Shown: positions 57,859 through 64,000 of the stretch, one piece after another
How the letters are laid out: every line of letters begins with the position of its first letter
Position numbering within the stretch: the stretch's first letter is position 1
Origin: Deltaproteobacteria bacterium
GTDB lineage: Bacteria; Myxococcota_A; UBA9160; SMWR01
Direction: 5' to 3'
Assembly: GCA_032128375.1 (NCBI GenBank)
Contig: JAQBGU010000209.1
Span: 32,501-96,500 of the forward strand
DNA length: 64,000 nt
The notes under the pieces: model-generated
Databases searched by the model: none
Told to the model about the DNA's origin: nothing
Seen by the model: the letters and a program-made list of their open reading frames with translations, nothing else
Position numbers and translations under genes: made by a program

Positions 57859-59514
57859 TCAAGCGATCAGCGCGCCGCGCCCCCGCCGTTCGAATTCGCT
57901 CCGGATCGCCGCTTTTTCGTCTTCTGCGATCGGCCGGTAGCAATCGGACTCGGGATTGGATCGATAGTAGACCGTTTCGTCGCATTCCCAGCGCTCGGCC
58001 CGCAATTCGCGCTTCATTACCTTGCTGGTATGCGTGATGGGGAGAGCGACGGTCAACCGAACATATCGCGGCGTCCATTTGGTTCCGAGATCGGACTGTG
58101 AGGCGAGGAAGCGGGAAAACTCGCTCGCATCGAATGCCTCGGGGTCCGACATCTGGAGGGCCGCCATGACCTGGTCCCCGACCTCCGAATCTGGGACTGC
58201 GTAGACAGCCGCGAGTTCGACCCCGGCGAATCGGGCGAGGATTCGTTCGACGGGAGCCGCTGCGAAGTTTTCTCCATCGACTCGAAGCCACTCGAAGTCG
58301 CGTCCGGCAAAATAGAAATACCCTTCCTTGTCGCGGTACGCGAGGTCACCGGTCCAGAACATTCCACCCTTCATGCGAGCGGCATCGGCTTCGTCGTTGC
58401 GGTAGTAACCTTCGAATAGCGCACGGCCGACCGTATTCACGATCTCGCCAATCGCATGTTCGGAATTCAACAGCCGGCCCTCGGCATCGAACTCGGCGGG
58501 TGGACACTCGCTGCCGGTTTCGGCATCGAGCACAAGCGTACCCTCTGCCGCCACACCCAATGCGCCAGCCGGCATATCGTCGGTCCTGCTGATCGATGCG
58601 CCGGTCTCACTGGAGCCATAGCCATCTTTCACCTCGACTCCGAATCGCGCTGAGAAGCGCGCGATGTCGAGGTCCGCGGCCTCGTTGCCAAACACGAACT
58701 TCAATGTGTTATTGGCATCGTCTGCGCGGGCTTGCGTCGCGAGGATGTAAGTCAGAGGCTTTCCGACGTAATTGAAGTACGTGGCCCGGAATTTTCGAAC
58801 ATCTTCGATGAATCCCGACGCGGAGAATTTTCTGCGCAGCGCCATCGTTCCGCCAGCGATCAGCGTGGGCGCAAAACCCGTGAACAACCCGTTCGAGTGA
58901 AACATCGGCATCACCTGATAGGACACCGTGGTCTCGTCGAGCCCGGCAATTCCGACCAGACTCTGCCCGACCAGGTGGAGCTTGCCCTGGCTGCAGATGA
59001 CCGCCTTGGGGGCGCCGCTGGTCCCCGAAGTGAACAGCAGCAGCAAGGTGTCCTCTGCGCGTACTTCGACGGCTGGAATCGATGCCCCGGCGTGCTCGGC
59101 GATGGTTCGAGCATAGGCGTCGGACTCGACATCGAAGATTCGGGAGTCATCGACTCCGGTGTCGAGCCCCCCGAGTAGTGGAAGATGCCGGCTTTCAGAA
59201 ACAATCAACTGACAATCCGTATGCCGGATATCCCGCGCCAGCTCTGCGCCCCGCAGTGTCGGATTGATCCCCACCACGACGCCCCCTGCGAGTGCCGTCG
59301 CACCCAGCCACATCGGAAACTCCGGGATGTTGTCGAGCAGTACACCGACATGGAGCGGCCCATCGTTTCGATTGGCGAGGAGAAACGCGGCTCGGTCCGC
59401 GCACGCTTGCAGATAGTCCGGGTACGAGACCACACTGTCCTCGAACAGGATGGCCGCGCCAGAGTGGTTCGCGCATTCGATAACTGCGTCCCGGAACGGC
59501 TTCAGGCCTGCCAC
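57859..59514 (-). CDS. AMP-binding acyl-CoA synthetase (FadD17-like)
   Basis: FTSGTSGAPKA, PMFHSN, YGSSE, TGDL, RVDGEN. Confidence 0.93.
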   Translation of the reverse strand: MAGLKPFRDAVIECANHSGAAILFEDSVVSYPDYLQACADRAAFLLANRNDGPLHVGVLLDNIPEFPMWLGATALAGGVVVGINPTLRGAELARDIRHTDCQLIVSESRHLPLLGGLDTGVDDSRIFDVESDAYARTIAEHAGASIPAVEVRAEDTLLLLFTSGTSGAPKAVICSQGKLHLVGQSLVGIAGLDETTVSYQVMPMFHSNGLFTGFAPTLIAGGTMALRRKFSASGFIEDVRKFRATYFNYVGKPLTYILATQARADDANNTLKFVFGNEAADLDIARFSARFGVEVKDGYGSSETGASISRTDDMPAGALGVAAEGTLVLDAETGSECPPAEFDAEGRLLNSEHAIGEIVNTVGRALFEGYYRNDEADAARMKGGMFWTGDLAYRDKEGYFYFAGRDFEWLRVDGENFAAAPVERILARFAGVELAAVYAVPDSEVGDQVMAALQMSDPEAFDASEFSRFLASQSDLGTKWTPRYVRLTVALPITHTSKVMKRELRAERWECDETVYYRSNPESDCYRPIAEDEKAAIRSEFERRGRGALIA

Positions 59515-59517
59515 GAA

Positions 59518-62046
59518 CTAGATCCGCCCGGGTACTTGATCGATCGGGAGCTCGATCGTGAAGCGAGTGCCGCGACCGAACTCGGAATCGACCGAGATGC
59601 GTCCATCGTGCCGCTCGAGGATGCTGTGGGAAATCGACAAGCCCAATCCGGTTCCGACGCCGACTGGCTTGGTTGTAAAGAACGGGTCGAAGATCCGGGT
59701 GCGAAATTCTTCGGGTATCCCCGGACCATCGTCTTCGAAGATCAATTCGATGCCATTCTCGCCGGTACGAGTGGTGATCGTGATCGTCCCTTCGGACCCC
59801 ATTGCGTCGCAGGCGTTCCCGAGCAGGTTCATGAACACCTGATTGAGTTGTCCGATGTAGCAGTGGACGCGCGGAATGTCTCCGTAGCTGCGGACGACGT
59901 CGATCTGATTCTTGAACCGTGGCTCCATGATCTCGAGGGTCCGATCGATCTCTTCGTGAAGATCCACTTCTTGCAGCTCGGCATGGTCCATCCGCGAGAA
60001 GGTCCGAAGATCTTGGACGATCTTCTTCACGCGATTGGTCCCCTCCCGGCTGCTGTTCAGCAGCTTCTGGATCTTCTCTTGGGTGCGCTCGATCTCGCTC
60101 GGGCTTTGTTCCGGATCGACGAGCTTTTTCACGAATTCGTCGATGAGCACCAGGTTCGCGTGCACGAAGCCGATCGGGTTGTTCAACTCGTGGGCGACAC
60201 CGGCCACCATCTGGCCGATCGATTTCATCTTGTCGGAATGAATCAGCTGCACCTGGGTCGCGCGAAGCTCGGCGGTCCGTTGCTCGACCCGCGCCTCCAA
60301 CGTTTCGTTGAGTCCAGCGATTTCGTCGAAGGCTTTGGCATTTTCGATCGCGACAGAACTCTGGTTCGCGAGTGTACGCACCAGCACCCGGTCGTCACCG
60401 GCCAGCCGTTCTCCGGAAATCTTGCGGCCTACTGCGATGCAGCCGAGCAGGTCGACTCCATAGAGGATCGGAACCAGCAGCTCGACTTCGAGCGCATCGA
60501 ATACGTCGCGACAGGCCTCGCGGTTCTCGAGGTCGGGCTCGTCATCGAAATCGGCGCGCGACAGCTCCTCGCGCCGCATCCACAGGTGCTTCCAGATCGG
60601 ATGACCCGATGGGATTTCGCTGTCGAGCGCGCTCTCGGACCAGTCGCCGCGCGAGTTCATCGGGCGCAACTGTTTTCCCTCGTCTTCGACTAACAGCACC
60701 ATGGCCCGATCGACACCCATGGAGTCGGTTAGCGCCACCAGAATCCGATCCGTGATTTCGGTCAACGAGAGCATCGAAACCATCGCCTCGGAGATCTCTC
60801 GTACCGCGTCGCTGTAGGCACGGTCGCGATCGAAGAAGCGATCCACCAGTTCCTGCAGCCGGTCGCGCAGTGGGTTGAACAGCAAGATCGCCAGAAACAA
60901 GAACGTCACTTGAAACCACAGAAAGTCGATCTCGAGCCACGTAACCAGCACATCTGCGAACGTGATCAGCAGCGCGAACACGCTTGTGATCGCGAAACTC
61001 GAGGCGCCATAGGCAGCCGACGACCTCGCTAGCATGCGCAGATCGAAGATCTGTTTGCGAACGATCCCGTAGCCGATCACGACCGGAAAAAGAAACAACC
61101 ACAACAACGCCAGGTGATAGTCGTAGGGTTGCTTGAAGACCCATTCAGCAGTCAACACGGCCGCGACCGGTGTGAAGCTCAGCAGCGCGCCCCAAAAGAC
61201 CACATCTGCGTGATCCCGAATGATGTGGTCGTTGGCCTTCGCGCGTTCGATCCCAACGATTGCCAGCGAACCCACGAACAGCGCGACCGTGAATCCGATG
61301 CCGCCAAACCACAACAGGCCCAGGGGCAGATTCAACGGTTCCGCGAGCAGGGTCAGGGCTGCAAGCCCGAACGCGAATGCGTACGGGACCAGCTGGATGC
61401 GTCGGTGTCTGACCAGCCAATCCGGCTCGATCGGGTAGCTGGTGAACAAGTGAAATGCAGAGGCACCGATAAACGGGACATTCACGAAGAGCCGAGGCCA
61501 CGCCCAGCTGATCGCGTCCATCTCGATCGAGGTCGACAACTGCACGCTCATCGCCGAGCAGAACAGCACCAGCGCCCACGCTTCAGATTTGCCGGGCCGA
61601 AGCCACCACACTGCACCCCCCGTCACCAAGTAGATGCCCGAAACGAGGACCACCAAGAAGTGAAACAGCCCCGTCGCGGTTCCGCGAACTTCTGAGAACG
61701 GGACCGGCACGAGTTCGGCGATGTAGCGCTCTCCACTCGGACGCTCGATCAAGTACGCGTTGGCAACGTCGAGCTGCATCCAATCGACGCCTCGCCGGGC
61801 TACACGCAGAATCGAATCGCCGTTGACTGCGAGCCATCGATCACCGCTGCGGATTCCGGCCGCGGTCGCGGTCTCCGAGACGTCCGACAGAACCACGTCC
61901 CCACCGAGGCGCGTCGCAACAAATGGGTGAGTGATGCGTTCGCCCGGGTTCAGAAGCGCAGCCAGGGACAGCACGATCGAAGTCGCGGCCCAGCACACCG
62001 CGAGGGCCGCGGTGATCTTGCGCATTCGAAGGTTTGAAGCGTTCAT
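59518..62046 (-). CDS. Membrane sensor histidine kinase (PDZ-like + multi-TM + GAF + HisKA + HATPase)
   Basis: AGIRSGD..AVNG; TM bundle; LLVPI..LANQSSVAIENA; AHELNNP, NLLGNA, DDGPGI, FFTTK, GTGLGL. Confidence 0.92.
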   Translation of the reverse strand: MNASNLRMRKITAALAVCWAATSIVLSLAALLNPGERITHPFVATRLGGDVVLSDVSETATAAGIRSGDRWLAVNGDSILRVARRGVDWMQLDVANAYLIERPSGERYIAELVPVPFSEVRGTATGLFHFLVVLVSGIYLVTGGAVWWLRPGKSEAWALVLFCSAMSVQLSTSIEMDAISWAWPRLFVNVPFIGASAFHLFTSYPIEPDWLVRHRRIQLVPYAFAFGLAALTLLAEPLNLPLGLLWFGGIGFTVALFVGSLAIVGIERAKANDHIIRDHADVVFWGALLSFTPVAAVLTAEWVFKQPYDYHLALLWLFLFPVVIGYGIVRKQIFDLRMLARSSAAYGASSFAITSVFALLITFADVLVTWLEIDFLWFQVTFLFLAILLFNPLRDRLQELVDRFFDRDRAYSDAVREISEAMVSMLSLTEITDRILVALTDSMGVDRAMVLLVEDEGKQLRPMNSRGDWSESALDSEIPSGHPIWKHLWMRREELSRADFDDEPDLENREACRDVFDALEVELLVPILYGVDLLGCIAVGRKISGERLAGDDRVLVRTLANQSSVAIENAKAFDEIAGLNETLEARVEQRTAELRATQVQLIHSDKMKSIGQMVAGVAHELNNPIGFVHANLVLIDEFVKKLVDPEQSPSEIERTQEKIQKLLNSSREGTNRVKKIVQDLRTFSRMDHAELQEVDLHEEIDRTLEIMEPRFKNQIDVVRSYGDIPRVHCYIGQLNQVFMNLLGNACDAMGSEGTITITTRTGENGIELIFEDDGPGIPEEFRTRIFDPFFTTKPVGVGTGLGLSISHSILERHDGRISVDSEFGRGTRFTIELPIDQVPGRI

Positions 62047-62152
62047 GCGGCCAACGGCACGTTGGAGAGGCTAGAAGCCTATGCGGTGATGCGCCAGCCT
62101 CAGCCGACCACGTTGCGCAAGGATCGCGCGAGGACGCCCCGCTATCGAGGTG

Positions 62153-62509
62153 TCAGCGGGCGCCCCGGCTACTCTGGGGTGCTACGAGCACCGGAGCGGG
62201 GCGGTAGTTGAAGCCGCTGTTGTTGAGCCCATGGATGAGTTCGCCCGATGGAGCTGGCTGGGAGGTCTTGTCCCGACGCAATCGATCGAGCCTGAATTCC
62301 ATGACTGTGTGAAACTTTTCCGAACCAGAGCTCTCACAGGTTTGGCCGCGCTGAGCGGACGCGATGTCGTCTGATGCCCGGACGACGCTCACACCCGGGG
62401 TAGACAAAAGCAGCAAGCAGAAGGCCGCAGCAACCACCCAGGCTATTTTGCAGTCCACCAACCGCTGGGTCGCTTTCGCCGTCAATCGTGACCTTCTCGA
62501 CAATGACAT
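62153..62509 (-). CDS. Small hypothetical exported/membrane protein
   Basis: GGAGG RBS; hydrophobic IAWVVAAAFCLLLLS segment; LNNSGFNY near the C-terminus. Confidence 0.5.
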   Translation of the reverse strand: MSLSRRSRLTAKATQRLVDCKIAWVVAAAFCLLLLSTPGVSVVRASDDIASAQRGQTCESSGSEKFHTVMEFRLDRLRRDKTSQPAPSGELIHGLNNSGFNYRPAPVLVAPQSSRGAR

Positions 62510-62695
62510 CAGAGCCTCCGGAATCGGCGCCGACAGTGGTACCTTTGGCGCGTGTAATCTGCCGAGTCTGGAATCGGTGCACTGCGCCGCGAACTTGAAC
62601 TCGAAATCCGCCATTGCGTCACTGCTGTGCTGGTCTTGCGCCGAAGTTGCGTACCGGTTGCCGTCGCCAATCCCGACTCGGCTTCGGAGGCTTCC

Positions 62696-63763
62696 ATGCA
62701 CCTGGTCAGTTTCGAGCGTCTCGAAGCACCCAGCCGCGCCGCTCGGCGCGGTCACCACCAACCTCGACACGCAGACCGACATCGGGAACGACACTACGAG
62801 CCTAGACGCCTGGAAGACGAGGTCTTGGGATTCGAGGCACTCGAACCGGGGCGACCCGGGTCACAACGCTTGGGCGCGGTGCTGCAGCTGGGTCCGCAAG
62901 CAGGCTGGGTAGTCGACCTCAACCGCGCATTGGCGATCAAACTGGCCTACGAAGATGTGGGAGCGCCAGAACCCGAGGCCGATTCGCTCGTCCCCGCGAA
63001 CATGGCGGGTTTCTTGCGCTTGGGATCCAGCTCAATGGCGGCCGCGCGCGTTGCGTTGGACTTCGCGATCGAGGCGCTGGCCGACTACGATGCGCCGGAC
63101 ATCTTGCGCGCCGGCGCTGTCGAACCCATCGAGCGATTGCGCCTGCGCGCGCCGGTCCCAAGACCGGGAAAAATCGTTGGGGTCGATTCGAACTACCCCA
63201 ACGCGTTTGGTGCGCTCGACAGCGAGCCGACATTTTATCTGAAGGCGCCGTCGTCGGTGATCGGATCCGAAGACGAAGTACTGCTCCCCGGCGACGCTTC
63301 GAACGTATTGTCGGGAGGCAGCCTCGCAGCGGTGATTGGAATGCGCACAAGACATGTTTCTGCACAAGACGCACTTCTGTGCGTCGCGGGTTATTGCGTC
63401 GCCAACGACATCACTGCATCCGCGCCGGACACCAACGACCCCGCGAAATTCGGAAGGTCGCACGACACCTTTTGCCCGCTGGGCCCAGAGCTCATCACCG
63501 CAGACGAAGTTCCGGAGCCAAACGCACTCGCGCTGCGAACCGGTGTCGCCGCGGATGCGTTTGCATCGGCCAATACCAAGGAGATGCGCATCTCGGTTGC
63601 CGGACTCATCGCCCGCATCTCACAGCAGCTCACGCTCGAACCGGGTGACATCGTGCTGACGGGCACACCGATGGCTACCACACCCCGATCGCTGCACGAC
63701 GGAGACGTCATCGAAGTCGAAATAGAAACCCTGGGAAGACTCCGAAACTATGTCCGAAACTAA
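62696..63763 (+). CDS. Fumarylacetoacetate hydrolase-family protein with N-terminal extension
   Basis: PRPGKIVGV..NY, YLKAPSSV, GYCVANDI, DTFCPLGP, TLEPGDIVLTGTP, LGRLRN; GGAGG RBS. Confidence 0.88.
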   Translation: MHLVSFERLEAPSRAARRGHHQPRHADRHRERHYEPRRLEDEVLGFEALEPGRPGSQRLGAVLQLGPQAGWVVDLNRALAIKLAYEDVGAPEPEADSLVPANMAGFLRLGSSSMAAARVALDFAIEALADYDAPDILRAGAVEPIERLRLRAPVPRPGKIVGVDSNYPNAFGALDSEPTFYLKAPSSVIGSEDEVLLPGDASNVLSGGSLAAVIGMRTRHVSAQDALLCVAGYCVANDITASAPDTNDPAKFGRSHDTFCPLGPELITADEVPEPNALALRTGVAADAFASANTKEMRISVAGLIARISQQLTLEPGDIVLTGTPMATTPRSLHDGDVIEVEIETLGRLRNYVRN

Positions 63764-63810
63764 AGTGTCCGAAACTAAAGTGTCCGAAACTAAAGTGTCC
63801 GAAACCAAAA
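63741..63810. repeat. 15-bp tandem repeat (three perfect units plus partial flanks)
   Basis: TGTCCGAAACTAAAG at 63751, 63766 and 63781; partial copies at 63741 and 63796. Confidence 0.92.
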
Positions 63811-64000
63811 AACGAAGCTATTCGAAACCAACTCCGCGGGCCACCGCGCCTACCTCCCGCGAGGCAATCTGCTAGCCCAAGATTCACCATACATCCGAAA
63901 GCGGAGGCGGCCAGAGGTGGCCGGAGGGGAAGTCAAGCACAGCGGTGCACCGAGTTCCCATCCCTCAAAGAGAAATCACCGTAACAAAAACCTCACCCGC

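Noticed and set aside
7795..60693. Long antisense or alternative-frame ORFs (e.g. 7795..9057, 11572..12858, 15288..16478, 32254..33498, 59185..60693)
   Set aside because: Typical high-GC shadow ORFs overlapping well-supported genes, with no recognisable motifs.
63741..63810. CRISPR array
   Set aside because: Units are 15 bp, directly adjacent, with no spacers and no cas genes.
63860..64000. tRNA or other ncRNA at the window end
   Set aside because: No cloverleaf, T-loop or recognisable RNA motif; probably promoter or intergenic sequence.

Overview
GC-rich bacterial chromosomal window with about 50 intact CDS. I see no rRNA, tRNA, CRISPR array or intact mobile element. The gene content (many F420-type luciferase-like oxidoreductases, crotonases, sulfatases, HpnN/HpnM, DUF6178) suggests an uncultured Myxococcota/Deltaproteobacteria-like organism; this is an inference. 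The main signals the ORF track misses or obscures are: (1) a DsbA-family selenoprotein with an in-frame UGA in a U-P-Y-C motif and a perfect SECIS-like hairpin 11 nt downstream; (2) a 69-aa stand-alone bacterial histone-fold protein with a Lys-rich N-terminal tail and its own RBS, putative promoter and terminator; (3) a Rieske oxygenase-like protein with inverted domain order; (4) an HpnN-HpnM-MlaA lipid-transport trio beside a probable serine palmitoyltransferase; (5) an exported cyclohexadienyl dehydratase-chorismate mutase fusion; (6) five short gene remnants and one homopolymer frameshift. All family assignments come from motif recognition by eye, not from database searches.
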